From: an uncultured Acidobacteriota bacterium
GTDB lineage: Bacteria; Acidobacteriota; Thermoanaerobaculia; Multivoradales; JAHEKO01
NCBI GenBank assembly: GCA_963713825.1
Contig: CAVQNG010000003.1
Location: forward strand, 832,001 to 896,000
Length of the DNA: 64,000 bases
Reading direction: 5' to 3'
The position numbers and the translations under genes were made by a program. Numbering within the stretch: position 1 is the stretch's first letter; each line of letters opens with the position of its first letter. Below are positions 1 through 9,286 of the stretch, one piece after another. The notes beneath the pieces were generated by a model. It saw only the letters and a program-made list of their open reading frames with translations, was not told where the DNA came from and did no database searches.

Positions 1-255
1 TCTGCTGGATCTCCTGACGCCGCTGACGACACCCCGGTAGGCACCCTCGTCACCCGACCGGTTGCCGCACTTCTCGTCCATTACAAGCGCTGGGTATCCC
101 CTCTGTTACCTCGGTCCTGTCGCTTTACGCCGACTTGTTCGGAGTACGCGAGGTTGGCGATTCTCGAATACGGGCTGATGCGAGGCGGAGCGCGGGCTCT
201 CTGGAGGATCTTGCGCTGTAACCCGTTTCACCCCGGAGGGGTGGACTATCCTTGA
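1..255 (+). CDS. yidD: Membrane protein insertion efficiency factor YidD (5'-truncated by window edge)
   Basis: Frame 1 open from base 1: ...HYKRWVSPLLPRSCRFTPTCSEYA...RILRCNPFHPGGVDYP*; directly upstream of yidC; absent from ORF track. Confidence 0.93.
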   Translation, partial: SAGSPDAADDTPVGTLVTRPVAALLVHYKRWVSPLLPRSCRFTPTCSEYARLAILEYGLMRGGARALWRILRCNPFHPGGVDYP

Positions 256-285
256 GCACCAGAAGTTGACGGGAGAACAAGAGCA

Positions 286-2064
286 TTGGACACCAAGAGA
301 CTTCTAATCGCAGCCGCTCTTTCGATGGCGGTGATGCTCGCGTGGAGCTATCTCTTCCCTCCGCCGGAGCCAACCCAGAGACAGGCACAAACGCAGGAGC
401 CGGCCGCGCTAGAGGAGGTTGTTGCAACGGCGCCCGAGGAGCCACCCGAAGCGACCGTCGAGGAGGTAGGTGAGCCCTCTCCGATGGCAGAGGAAGAATC
501 GGGCGAAGAGTCGATCGCAGCTGACCGTGAAGAGTTGGTGGTCGTTGAGTCGGCCGAGTTTCGGGCCGAGATGACGAACCGGGGCGGGCAGCTGCTCTCG
601 TATCAACTCCTGAATCACAAGAGCGCCGACGGAGGACCAGTCGACATGGTTCGTCGACGCGGAGCTGCGCCCTATCCCTTTGGTCTTGCGACTCCCCAAG
701 GAGGCCCTTCGCCACTGAACGACGTCTTGTATCAGGTCGAGCAGTCGAGCTCGACGGCCGGCAATAAGGCGGTTACCTTCCGCTATCGGGGACCCGAGGG
801 GAATGTCGAGAAGCGGTTCGTGTTTCGCGGCGACGGGATGATCGAGGTGGAGGTGGCGCTGTCCGATCCCAATGCCTGGGCCCTGGCCATCGGCCCCGGA
901 GTTCGCAACCCTTCCGAGGAAGAGCAAGAGAACCGCTTTGCCCGGCGCTCAGCGGTCTTCAAGACGGCCGAGGATGTCGAGCGGGAGGACCCGAATCGAA
1001 CCTGGAGTCCGATGCCGATCTCTTCCATCGGCCTGAGCTGGGCTGGCCTTGAGGATAGCTACTTCTTGACGGCCGTGGTGCCGCAGGAGGGGGTTGGCGG
1101 AGTCATCCTCCAGCCGGTGCTGGTGGTGCCGAGTGTCGAGGGTACCGAGGTGCAGTTCAAGCCGATTCGCAACAAAGAAGAGCTCAGCGACGCGGAGAAG
1201 GATCTGCCTCGAGAGTTGCTTCTACTGGTTCAGCCCTCGACAGAGATCTCGAGAGTTCTGGCTTATCTCGGGCCGAAGGAGTATTCCTACCTGGCAAACC
1301 TGGGCTATGGGCTCGAGGAGACGGTAAATCTGGGATTCTTCAAGCCGCTCTCCCTGCCATTGATGTGGGGACTGGCCTGGATCTACGACAACGTCGTTTC
1401 GAACTATGGATGGGCCATCATCTTGATGACCATCATGATTCGGATCGTGCTTTTCCCGTTGACCCATAAAAGCACGGTGTCGATGCAGAAGATGCAGAAG
1501 CTCAACCCGAAGATTCAGGCCATTCGCCAGAAGTACAAGGGTAAATTGAAGGACAAGCAGGGTCGGCCGAACGCCGAGATGCAACGCAAGATGAACGAAG
1601 AGACCATGGCTCTCTACAAGACCGAAGGGGTGAGCCCCGCTGGTGGTTGTCTGCCGATGTTTCTTCAGATACCGGTTCTCTTTGCTTTCTACAGCCTGCT
1701 CACGGCCTCGATCGAGTTGCGTGGGGCTCCCTGGATCCTGTGGATTCAGGACCTTTCTGCCAAAGACCCTCTCTATGTTCTGCCGATCATCATGGGCGCC
1801 TCGCAGTTTCTGCAACAGAAGATGACACCTGCGGCGGGAGACCCGATGCAGCGGCGGATGTTCGCCATGATGCCGATCTTCTTTACGGTGCTGTTTCTGG
1901 GATTCCCGAGCGGCCTGGTTCTCTACTGGTTGACCAACAACGTGTTGGGAATCGCACAGTCGTACGCTTATAAGCGGCACCGGGAGAAGAAAGAGGCAGA
2001 AGCCAACGAAACCGCGGGCGGTAAGCGATCCGAGGGTAGTAAGAAGAAGGAGGCTGGCAAATGA
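286..2064 (+). CDS. yidC: Membrane protein insertase YidC
   Basis: N-terminal TM, periplasmic domain, NYGWAII, GGCLPM, PSGLVLYWLTNN motifs. Confidence 0.97.
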   Translation: MDTKRLLIAAALSMAVMLAWSYLFPPPEPTQRQAQTQEPAALEEVVATAPEEPPEATVEEVGEPSPMAEEESGEESIAADREELVVVESAEFRAEMTNRGGQLLSYQLLNHKSADGGPVDMVRRRGAAPYPFGLATPQGGPSPLNDVLYQVEQSSSTAGNKAVTFRYRGPEGNVEKRFVFRGDGMIEVEVALSDPNAWALAIGPGVRNPSEEEQENRFARRSAVFKTAEDVEREDPNRTWSPMPISSIGLSWAGLEDSYFLTAVVPQEGVGGVILQPVLVVPSVEGTEVQFKPIRNKEELSDAEKDLPRELLLLVQPSTEISRVLAYLGPKEYSYLANLGYGLEETVNLGFFKPLSLPLMWGLAWIYDNVVSNYGWAIILMTIMIRIVLFPLTHKSTVSMQKMQKLNPKIQAIRQKYKGKLKDKQGRPNAEMQRKMNEETMALYKTEGVSPAGGCLPMFLQIPVLFAFYSLLTASIELRGAPWILWIQDLSAKDPLYVLPIIMGASQFLQQKMTPAAGDPMQRRMFAMMPIFFTVLFLGFPSGLVLYWLTNNVLGIAQSYAYKRHREKKEAEANETAGGKRSEGSKKKEAGK

Positions 2065-2945
2065 CCAATACCGGAAGGCGTTTTTTCTCGGGCAACACCC
2101 TCGAGCAGGCCGTGATGCAGGCGGCGAGCCACTATCAGATCGACCCTGACGAGGTGGCCTACCGCAAGATCGAGAAACGGCACGGCTTCTTGAAGACCCG
2201 CCGCGGCGTGGTGATCGACGTCGACCCTGACAACCCTCGTCGAGCCGGCGGACAGGAAGTTCTGGCGCCTGCTCCGGTGGAGCCGGAAGACATCGATTCT
2301 CCCGAGGAGTTGGAAAGGGACGAAGAGTTGTTTGTGCTCAGATCCCAGGACCTGGTAGATGAGCCAACGGAGGGCGCTGAGTTCGCCACATCAGCCGAGC
2401 CGACTCCCGAACCGGAAGAGGACGTAACGGCGACGCCCTCGGAGCCCCTTCCTGAAGCGACAGGCGAAATGGCGGAGGCTGCGCGTGAAGCTGTCGAAGC
2501 GCTTCTAGAGGTAGCGGGGCTGGAGTTGAGCGCGGAAGTTTTTCAAGGGGATGGTCAACTGGAGATCGAGCTCAATGGTGCGGGGCAGCAGGAGTTGATC
2601 GCGGACCGCGGCAGTCTCCTGTTGGCGATACAGCACCTACTACCGCGAACGATTCGCGGTCTGACCGGTAGGTCGGTACCTTGCCGGGTCGATTCCGGCA
2701 ATTTTCACAAGATGCAGGAGGAGAGCCTCGAGAGGCTGGCTCGCAAGACAGCCGAAGAGGTCAAGCAAGGGCAGGTGCCGGTGTCGCTCGATCCAATGAA
2801 CCCCGCCGAACGCCGCATCATCCACCTCTCGTTGGCGGATGACGACGAGGTCGTCACGGAGAGTCAGGGGCGGGGTTTCTTCAAACGGGTTGCAATCCGC
2901 CCGGCGAGGCTGCGGCCGCGGGGCTTCGACCGTTACAACCGGTAG
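2061..2945 (+). CDS. jag: Jag/EloR/KhpB RNA-binding protein (Jag-N, KH-like, R3H)
   Basis: FSGNTLEQAV N-terminus, PMNPAERRIIH R3H motif, follows yidC. Confidence 0.9.
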   Translation: MTNTGRRFFSGNTLEQAVMQAASHYQIDPDEVAYRKIEKRHGFLKTRRGVVIDVDPDNPRRAGGQEVLAPAPVEPEDIDSPEELERDEELFVLRSQDLVDEPTEGAEFATSAEPTPEPEEDVTATPSEPLPEATGEMAEAAREAVEALLEVAGLELSAEVFQGDGQLEIELNGAGQQELIADRGSLLLAIQHLLPRTIRGLTGRSVPCRVDSGNFHKMQEESLERLARKTAEEVKQGQVPVSLDPMNPAERRIIHLSLADDDEVVTESQGRGFFKRVAIRPARLRPRGFDRYNR

Positions 2946-3313
2946 CGCTCTTTCATCTTCAGGAAGCGCGAGTAGGCCTTCTTGTCCAAGTCCGGAGAGA
3001 GGCGTTCTTCGAGAATGGGCAGGAGCACGCCGCGTAGGTACTCTCCACGAGCCATCCATTGATAGTAGCTGCGGCCACCATGGTGATAGGGGCCGTAGAG
3101 CTTACCACCCGGAAAAGTCTCTTGGATCCAGAGGAAGAGAGCTTCGTGGTCGGTATGCATACGGAGTGTGACGTGGGGCTGCCGCCCATCGCCACCGAAG
3201 TGTCCCTCGCCGACCAGTAGGCCGATTAGGTAGCCGACGTCGAAGTCTGTTGGCTTGTCTGGTTGTTTCACCGTCAGGTTTCCCGTGAAACACTCGGGTT
3301 GTTTCACCGTCAT
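2933..3313 (-). CDS. Stand-alone single-motif LAGLIDADG-like protein, 126 aa from ATG 3313
   Basis: GYLIGLLVGEGHF resembles the LAGLIDADG helix, followed by a beta/alpha pattern (HVTLRM..EALFLWIQETFPGGKLY..YYQW); TAGAAT -10 at 3328-3333. Confidence 0.7.
   Translation of the reverse strand: MTVKQPECFTGNLTVKQPDKPTDFDVGYLIGLLVGEGHFGGDGRQPHVTLRMHTDHEALFLWIQETFPGGKLYGPYHHGGRSYYQWMARGEYLRGVLLPILEERLSPDLDKKAYSRFLKMKERYRL
3277..3292. promoter_or_regulatory. parS: parS site 1
   Basis: GGTTTCCCGTGAAACA, 14/16 to TGTTTCACGTGAAACA; about 1 kb from parAB. Confidence 0.82.
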
Positions 3314-3328
3314 GTTTCCCGTGAAACA
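3313..3328. promoter_or_regulatory. parS: parS site 2
   Basis: TGTTTCCCGTGAAACA, 15/16 to consensus. Confidence 0.88.
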
Positions 3329-3363
3329 TTCTAGCGAAAAGAGGCCCTGCCCGCTCAGTGCAG

Positions 3364-3455
3364 GGGTTGAGTCGGCAGGGCTTCGCCCGTCCAATCTTTG
3401 AGGGCTCGGGGTTGAGGCGACCCGACTTCGCCTGGCCGGTCCTTGGGGCAGTGGG
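3364..3455 (+). repeat. Dimeric ~46-bp interspersed repeat, copy A
   Basis: Two GGGTTGAG..(G/T)CCNRTCYTTG(A/G)GG units, 45-bp period; similar to 40784 and 43852. Confidence 0.7.
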
Positions 3456-3566
3456 TAATGAGGATGTTCGCGTAGCAGCCCCTACTCCCCTCGGGCGCTG
3501 AAAGAATGAAGGGGAAGACTAGTGATTACCGGAAGGGTCTTCTCGTTGTGGCTACAATCGCAGACA

Positions 3567-4217
3567 ATGTCTGTCATGGGAGTAAATCTGCCGTTGCTGG
3601 AGCGTGCTGAGTTCGAGTCCCGACTCCGAGGGTGTTCAGTGGTGGAGCTATCAGGCGAGGCGATCCAAAGGTTGTGGATTCACTACCAGGAGATGGTGCG
3701 GTGGAACCCAACGGTTTCTCTGGTGGGTCCAGGAACTGTGGACGAGGTTGTCGAGCGGCACTATGGGGAATCCCTGGCGGCCATTCCGCTCCTCGACCCG
3801 AAATGGAAGGTAGTGGTGGATATCGGTTCGGGGGCTGGTTTTCCGGGCCTGGTGTTGGCTGCAGCGAACCCGGAGCTCGAGGTTGTTCTGGTAGAGAGCC
3901 GAGAGCGAAAGTGTGTGTTCCTCGAAACGGTGATTCGCAAGTCTACGTTGCCGTGTACATGCCTCGGTGCTAGAGTCGGCAGCACTCCACCCGAGGGGTT
4001 GCCTGCGGAGATCGACCTAGTGACCTCGCGCGGCGTGAGCCTTTTGCCGAGCGCCTTGGAGAGCCTTGCGGGTCGAATGGACGCCGGAGCGGGGGCCCTC
4101 TTCTGGGTCGGGACGGAAGCCCCGGATCTGCCGGCAGGGTGGACCGCTCGGGGTGGAGTCATGCTTCCAGGGAGTCGGACGAGGTCGATCTTGCAGGTTC
4201 GAGTGGAGGGTGACTAG
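3567..4217 (+). CDS. rsmG: 16S rRNA m7G527 methyltransferase RsmG/GidB
   Basis: [34 protein letters not shown]; upstream of parA. Confidence 0.93.
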   Translation: MSVMGVNLPLLERAEFESRLRGCSVVELSGEAIQRLWIHYQEMVRWNPTVSLVGPGTVDEVVERHYGESLAAIPLLDPKWKVVVDIGSGAGFPGLVLAAANPELEVVLVESRERKCVFLETVIRKSTLPCTCLGARVGSTPPEGLPAEIDLVTSRGVSLLPSALESLAGRMDAGAGALFWVGTEAPDLPAGWTARGGVMLPGSRTRSILQVRVEGD

Positions 4218-4222
4218 AGCCG

Positions 4223-4987
4223 ATGGCATTGAGGAAAGTGCTGGCAATTGCCAACCAGAAAGGCGGGGTTGGGAAGACTACGACCGCGATCAATCTTGGC
4301 GCGGCGTTGGCCGCATTGGAGAAGAAGATCCTGCTGGTGGACTGCGATCCCCAAGCCAATGCCAGTCGGGGTCTCGGGGTGATCGCCGAAGAGCCAAACC
4401 TCTACGACGTTCTGACGGGTGAAGCCGCGGTGCAAGAGGCTGTGCGGTCAACCGGATTCCCTTTCCTGGATGTCGTGCCGGCGGCCAGGGATCTCGTCGG
4501 TGTAGAGGTCGAGTTTGTAGGCCTCGAAGGTTGGGAGTTTCGCCTGGCGAGAGCACTGGAGAGCGTTCGGTCGCAGTACGACGCAATACTCCTCGATTGC
4601 CCGCCTTCCCTCGGCCATTTGACCGTCAATGCTCTAGTGGCGGCTGATGGTGTGGTCGTGCCGCTTCAGTGCGAGTACTTTGCCCTCGAGGGGATTAGTG
4701 ACCTTGTCTCGACGGTGCAGAGAATTCAACTCGGCACCAACCCGAAGCTGTCGATTGCAGGGATTTTATTGACGATGTACGACGAGCGAACGAACCTCTC
4801 GAAGGATGTCGCGAGCGAGGCGAGAAAACACTTCAGCGACCGCGTCTACGAGACAATCGTTCCGCGCAATGTTCGACTGGCGGAGGCGCCGAGCCACGGC
4901 ACTCCGATTTTCGCATACGACATCAAGAGCAAAGGCGCCCAGGCATACCTGGCGCTGGCGCGGGAGGTCTTGCAGCGAGCGGCATGA
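4223..4987 (+). CDS. parA: Chromosome partition ATPase ParA/Soj
   Basis: [40 protein letters not shown]. Confidence 0.97.
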   Translation: MALRKVLAIANQKGGVGKTTTAINLGAALAALEKKILLVDCDPQANASRGLGVIAEEPNLYDVLTGEAAVQEAVRSTGFPFLDVVPAARDLVGVEVEFVGLEGWEFRLARALESVRSQYDAILLDCPPSLGHLTVNALVAADGVVVPLQCEYFALEGISDLVSTVQRIQLGTNPKLSIAGILLTMYDERTNLSKDVASEARKHFSDRVYETIVPRNVRLAEAPSHGTPIFAYDIKSKGAQAYLALAREVLQRAA

Positions 4988-5838
4988 CAAGAAAGAAACG
5001 AGGTCTCGGCAGGGGATTGGACGCGTTGCTCGAACCGTCTGCAGCACCGGTTCGCACGTTGACGTTGGGCGAACTGGCGCCGAATCGGTATCAACCACGC
5101 AGCGACTTCGACGACGTTGGCTTAGAAGAGCTTGCCGAATCGATCCGCAGCCAAGGAGTGGTGCAGCCCATTGTCGTTACACCGGGCAGCGATGGCAAAT
5201 TCACCATCATTGCCGGTGAGCGTCGGTGGAGGGCGGCTCGCCGGGCCGGGTTGCTCGAGGTGCCAGTTGTCATCCGAGAGCTGGAAAACGACCGCCAACT
5301 GCTGGAGATGGCGCTGGTCGAGAATCTGCAACGCTCAGATTTGAACCCCGTGGAAGAAGGCGAGGCCTATCGTTCGTTGAAGGACTCGTTTGGCCTGTCC
5401 CAGGAAGAGATCGCTCGGCAGGTCGGCAAGGCTCGCAGCACGATCAGCAATGCGGTTCGACTCCTTTCCTTGCCCGACGAGATCCAGGACATGTTGAGGG
5501 ACGGGCGACTGGCGGCTGGGCAGGCGCGTCCGTTGCTTGCTCTCGAAGATGTCGAGCGCCAGTTGGAACTGGCCCGGAGGGCGGTGAAGCTGGGGCTCAC
5601 AGCGAGACAGTTGGAGGAGTTGGCCGGGGATCGACAGAAACCGCGAGCGAAGAAGCCTTCCATAGCGTCGGACCCCGACACCCGGGCAGCTGCGGAGCGG
5701 CTGACTCGTAGGCTCCAAACCAAAGTGGAAATACGCCGAAAAGGTAAGGGCGGAACGGTTCGACTCCATTTCCACACCGAGGAAGAGTTGATGCGTCTCT
5801 ATGAATTCCTGCTCCGACCAGGGGGCGAAGATCGATGA
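4984..5838 (+). CDS. parB: Chromosome partition CTPase ParB/Spo0J
   Basis: [35 protein letters not shown]. Confidence 0.97.
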   Translation: MTRKKRGLGRGLDALLEPSAAPVRTLTLGELAPNRYQPRSDFDDVGLEELAESIRSQGVVQPIVVTPGSDGKFTIIAGERRWRAARRAGLLEVPVVIRELENDRQLLEMALVENLQRSDLNPVEEGEAYRSLKDSFGLSQEEIARQVGKARSTISNAVRLLSLPDEIQDMLRDGRLAAGQARPLLALEDVERQLELARRAVKLGLTARQLEELAGDRQKPRAKKPSIASDPDTRAAAERLTRRLQTKVEIRRKGKGGTVRLHFHTEEELMRLYEFLLRPGGEDR

Positions 5839-6263
5839 AACTGGGCAGAAGCGGCGGCGCCGGCGAGTTGAACGGATTCCTCGATGCCGGAAGCTCGATT
5901 CGGGGTGATCTTCACTTCGAAGACAATTTCCGGGTCGATGGTCGTCTGGTGGGTCGAATTGTCTCGAAGGGAGACCTCGTGGTCGGGAAGGATGGCGAGG
6001 TGGATGGCGAGGTGGAGGTCATGAATCTCTATGTCTTCGGCACCTTGCGGGGCAAGGTCAAGGCCCGAAAGCGGGTCGAGATGTCGGCCGGAGCGAAGAT
6101 CTTCGCGGACATCGAGACCGAGACGTTCGACATCGACGACGGGGCTCAATTCGAGGGGCACTGCAAGATGAGAGGTCGAGGCGGCGCAGAGCGCAGCGTT
6201 GGCAGGATGTCGGAGAGCCGCCAGGTGCCCAGGGTGCTGCCTCGCTCGGGAAGTGGCGAGTAG
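5835..6263 (+). CDS. Bactofilin (polymer-forming cytoskeletal protein)
   Basis: Beta-helix repeats IRGDL..FRVDG..VDGEV..GAQFEGHC; 4-bp overlap with parB. Confidence 0.9.
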   Translation: MKLGRSGGAGELNGFLDAGSSIRGDLHFEDNFRVDGRLVGRIVSKGDLVVGKDGEVDGEVEVMNLYVFGTLRGKVKARKRVEMSAGAKIFADIETETFDIDDGAQFEGHCKMRGRGGAERSVGRMSESRQVPRVLPRSGSGE

Positions 6264-6274
6264 GCTACCAATCC

Positions 6275-8053
6275 TCACTCAGACAGGGGTAGAACTCGAA
6301 CCGGAATGCCGGGTTGGGTGACGATCGTCTCGTACGAAGGCACGAAAGTCAGCGGATTACGGGCCAGATAGGCCGATTCGAAAGCGCCTGTGAGAACCCG
6401 ACCGTCCAGGTCGCGGGAGATCGGAAAGCGCAGGGCATAGAGCAGGGTGGGCACGATGTCCACAAGACGGGCGCCTTCGAGAAAGGTACCGGCCTTGAAG
6501 CCGGTTCCCAACGCGACGAACAGACCGTCCGGTGAGTGCTGGTATTTCCCCCGCAGCTGGCGGCCTGTCGTGCGAGCCCAGGACTTGCCTATCCCCTTGG
6601 GCGCTTCGAATCCGTAGGCAGAAACCACGGCAAGCATCTTGGGACCACTCTGCCGCTCCCACAGGTCTGCCAGAAAACGGTCGAGGTAGCTGTAGTAAAA
6701 GGATAAGAAATGAGCCGCGTCTTGCTGCGGTCTCCCTGTCTCGCCATCGAATTCCACTGCGGAGAAACCACCGAAGTACTGGCTCGAAACCTCAGCCAGG
6801 CCCGGCAGGACGAGAAACACGGCCCGCACTTCCCGCCGTTGCTCGACCAGGAATCGAGTCAAGGACTGTCGCCACAAGTCACCGGCGAGCGATTGAAGTA
6901 AGGAGTAGGGGATCTGTCCTTCAAGCTCACCCACGAGCGTCGGATCGACTTCCTCGGGATCGATCTGGAAGAGGACACCTCGCTCGGCCAATTCGCCAGG
7001 CTGTGCCGTTGCAGAACGATAATCTCCTCCGAAGTACTGTTCAGAGAAGGAGAAGGCGCTGGCCGGAGAAACGGGGTTGGTTGCCGGCCAGCCGACCTGG
7101 CCCGTAGGAACCTCCAGCCTCTCGAGGATCTCCCAGAGGGTTAGGGAACGCCGTACGGTCGAGTCCACAGGCCTGGAGCGGTGGAAGGTATTCAATGCGA
7201 CTTCGGATAAGGGTGTCGGAAGAATCTGTAGAAGGGCTTGTGGCTCGATCCAATCGGCGCTGAAGGTTCTGTCGGCAACAACGCCGTGGCGGAAGGGGAG
7301 TTTGCCGGTGGCCAGGGTCGTCCAGAGCGGTGCGCGATGGACCGGCGCAATGCTCTCGGGGCGGGCATAGACGCCTTCCTCGAGTAGACGTGACAGAAAG
7401 GGCAGCCGCCCACGGCGAGCCAGCGGCAGGACAGCATCGAGGGAGGCGCCGTCGAGTCCCACGACAATGAGAGTCGGACGTCTTTCGAGCTCGACGACGG
7501 AAGGCAACGGCGTGGGCCGCGTATAGGGCTTGAAGGCCTCTCGGCGCTCGGCCATTACGTAGACAGAAAGGAAGGCGAGAATCGTCAAGCCGACCCGGCT
7601 TCTCCAACCATAGGGGCGGTTGTTCAGTGTGTGGAGAAGTGCCGTGTAGAAGAAGATCAAAGCCACGAGCGTCAACCAGATGGCGGCTTTGATGAGCCGG
7701 ATGTTGATACCCGGGGGAAGGAAGTAGGAAGAGCGTGAGGCGTGGAGCCAATCAATCGTGGCGACAGCCGCCAGGACGAAGGTCATGGCCCACGGCAGCA
7801 AGCGCTGCGCGCGATTTCCCGGTCCCCTTGTCCAAGGGAGAAGGAGGATCAAGGAGCTCAGAGAAGCCAGGGCGCAGTAGAGTGCTGTGCTTCGAATCCA
7901 GGGCAGGAGCTCGAAGGGCAGCTCGGGGTTGAGAAAGAAGAGAAGGCTCGAGAGGTGAGCCCCGGCAAGAAGACCGGGCAGGGCTGTCAGGGCGACGATG
8001 CGCCACCCTGGGTCGACCCCGGCAGGGGGCTGAAGATCCTGATGCTCATCCAT
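6275..8053 (-). CDS. Membrane-anchored alkaline-phosphatase/NPP-superfamily protein, possibly inactive
   Basis: About 5 N-terminal TMs, GLDGA, WTTLATGK, DIVPTLL..DLDGRVL; metal ligands degenerate; start uncertain. Confidence 0.75.
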   Translation of the reverse strand: MDEHQDLQPPAGVDPGWRIVALTALPGLLAGAHLSSLLFFLNPELPFELLPWIRSTALYCALASLSSLILLLPWTRGPGNRAQRLLPWAMTFVLAAVATIDWLHASRSSYFLPPGINIRLIKAAIWLTLVALIFFYTALLHTLNNRPYGWRSRVGLTILAFLSVYVMAERREAFKPYTRPTPLPSVVELERRPTLIVVGLDGASLDAVLPLARRGRLPFLSRLLEEGVYARPESIAPVHRAPLWTTLATGKLPFRHGVVADRTFSADWIEPQALLQILPTPLSEVALNTFHRSRPVDSTVRRSLTLWEILERLEVPTGQVGWPATNPVSPASAFSFSEQYFGGDYRSATAQPGELAERGVLFQIDPEEVDPTLVGELEGQIPYSLLQSLAGDLWRQSLTRFLVEQRREVRAVFLVLPGLAEVSSQYFGGFSAVEFDGETGRPQQDAAHFLSFYYSYLDRFLADLWERQSGPKMLAVVSAYGFEAPKGIGKSWARTTGRQLRGKYQHSPDGLFVALGTGFKAGTFLEGARLVDIVPTLLYALRFPISRDLDGRVLTGAFESAYLARNPLTFVPSYETIVTQPGIPVRVLPLSE

Positions 8054-8224
8054 GCTGGAGTCGGGGGACGTCACGGCTGCTGCAGTTCGTGGACGGACTC
8101 TCAATACCTCTGTTACAGTCTCGACGGGCCAGGGGTCTCGCGTCGAAACGGGGCCACCAGAAGCCGAATCGCCAGCATAGCAGCAAAGCGGGGCGTACCA
8201 GGTTCTCGGCGAGCCACCTGAGAG

Positions 8225-9286
8225 GTGATCGAGCTGTTCGAGTCAACCATCCATGGTCTGTTGTTGAGGATGGACCCAGAAACCGCACATGGATTGGCCA
8301 TGTCCGGTCTGCAGAGCCTGCAGCAGATTCCTTTTGCACTGCAACGCTTCGAGAGCCAGCATCGGTTCGTCGATCCTCGTCTGTCTCAGGAGCTCTGGGG
8401 CAGACATTTTCCCAACCCGGTTGGCCTGGCGGCCGGGTTCGACAAGGACGCGGTTGCGGTACCCGCGCTGGCGGCGATGGGGTTCGGTTTCTTGGAAGTG
8501 GGGACGGTGACGCCCAGGCCACAGGCCGGCAACCCCAAGCCGAGGCTCTTTCGCCACCGTGAGCTGCGATCTCTGCAGAACGCCATGGGCTTCAACAATG
8601 CGGGCATGGAGAGCCTGGGGCGGAGATTGGCGAAGAGTTGGCCTCCACCGGTTCCCGTGGGTGTCAACATAGGCAAGAATCGGCAGACAGAATTGGCGGC
8701 AGCAGGCGAGGACTACAGGGTGCTGGTGCGGCATCTCGAACAGCATGCCGACTACTTCGTCATCAATATCTCTTCGCCCAACACTCCCGGCTTGCGGGAT
8801 CTTCAGCAAAAGGAGACCGTGGCTCAACTTCTCGAGATCTGTCTCGAGGAGACGGACGTTCCCGTCCTCGTAAAACTGTCGCCAGACATGGAGGATCGGC
8901 TGGCGGCTGAATTGGCACGCGTTGCCGTCGACGCCGGTGCTGCCGGCCTGATCCTGACCAATACGACAATCGACTACTCGCTCGTTCCCGAGCCTGAAGC
9001 GACGGGTGGGCTGAGTGGCCGAGTGCTGCGGCGCCGGAGTCTTGAGCTACTGAGGGTTGTCGCTTCGGAGGTCTTTGGCCGCTGTATCCTGATCAGTGTT
9101 GGCGGGATCGAGTCGGCATCGGATGTCTACTCCCGATTGCGAGCAGGAGCGCATCTGACGCAGATCTACACGTCCCTGATCTATGGGGGATCCCAACTCA
9201 TCCGTCAGATCAACAAGGAGCTCCTGGGTTTGCTCGAGAGAGACGGGATGGCAGATGTCCCTGGCGTCATCGGCGCGGATGTGTAA
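8225..9286 (+). CDS. pyrD: Quinone-dependent dihydroorotate dehydrogenase
   Basis: GLAAGFDK, NAMGFNN, NISSPNTPGLR, GGLSG. Confidence 0.96.
   Translation: MIELFESTIHGLLLRMDPETAHGLAMSGLQSLQQIPFALQRFESQHRFVDPRLSQELWGRHFPNPVGLAAGFDKDAVAVPALAAMGFGFLEVGTVTPRPQAGNPKPRLFRHRELRSLQNAMGFNNAGMESLGRRLAKSWPPPVPVGVNIGKNRQTELAAAGEDYRVLVRHLEQHADYFVINISSPNTPGLRDLQQKETVAQLLEICLEETDVPVLVKLSPDMEDRLAAELARVAVDAGAAGLILTNTTIDYSLVPEPEATGGLSGRVLRRRSLELLRVVASEVFGRCILISVGGIESASDVYSRLRAGAHLTQIYTSLIYGGSQLIRQINKELLGLLERDGMADVPGVIGADV

Larger units (their letters stand above)
3261..3332. repeat. 36-bp tandem repeat, 2 copies, each with a TGTTTCAC half-site and a parS-like site
   Basis: ggttgtttcaccgtcaggtttcccgtgaaacactcg / ggttgtttcaccgtcatgtttcccgtgaaacattct. 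Confidence 0.95.

Noticed and set aside
3102-3329. ORF beginning MFHGKH
   Set aside because: It is the translation of the parS sequence in another frame; the LAGLIDADG-like frame is far more protein-like
2933-3394. Group I intron or intein around the LAGLIDADG-like ORF
   Set aside because: Flanking jag and rsmG are intact, the ORF is antisense to them, and no intein splicing motifs are visible
3261-3455. Repeats as a CRISPR array
   Set aside because: Only two units each, no unique spacers of CRISPR length, no cas genes
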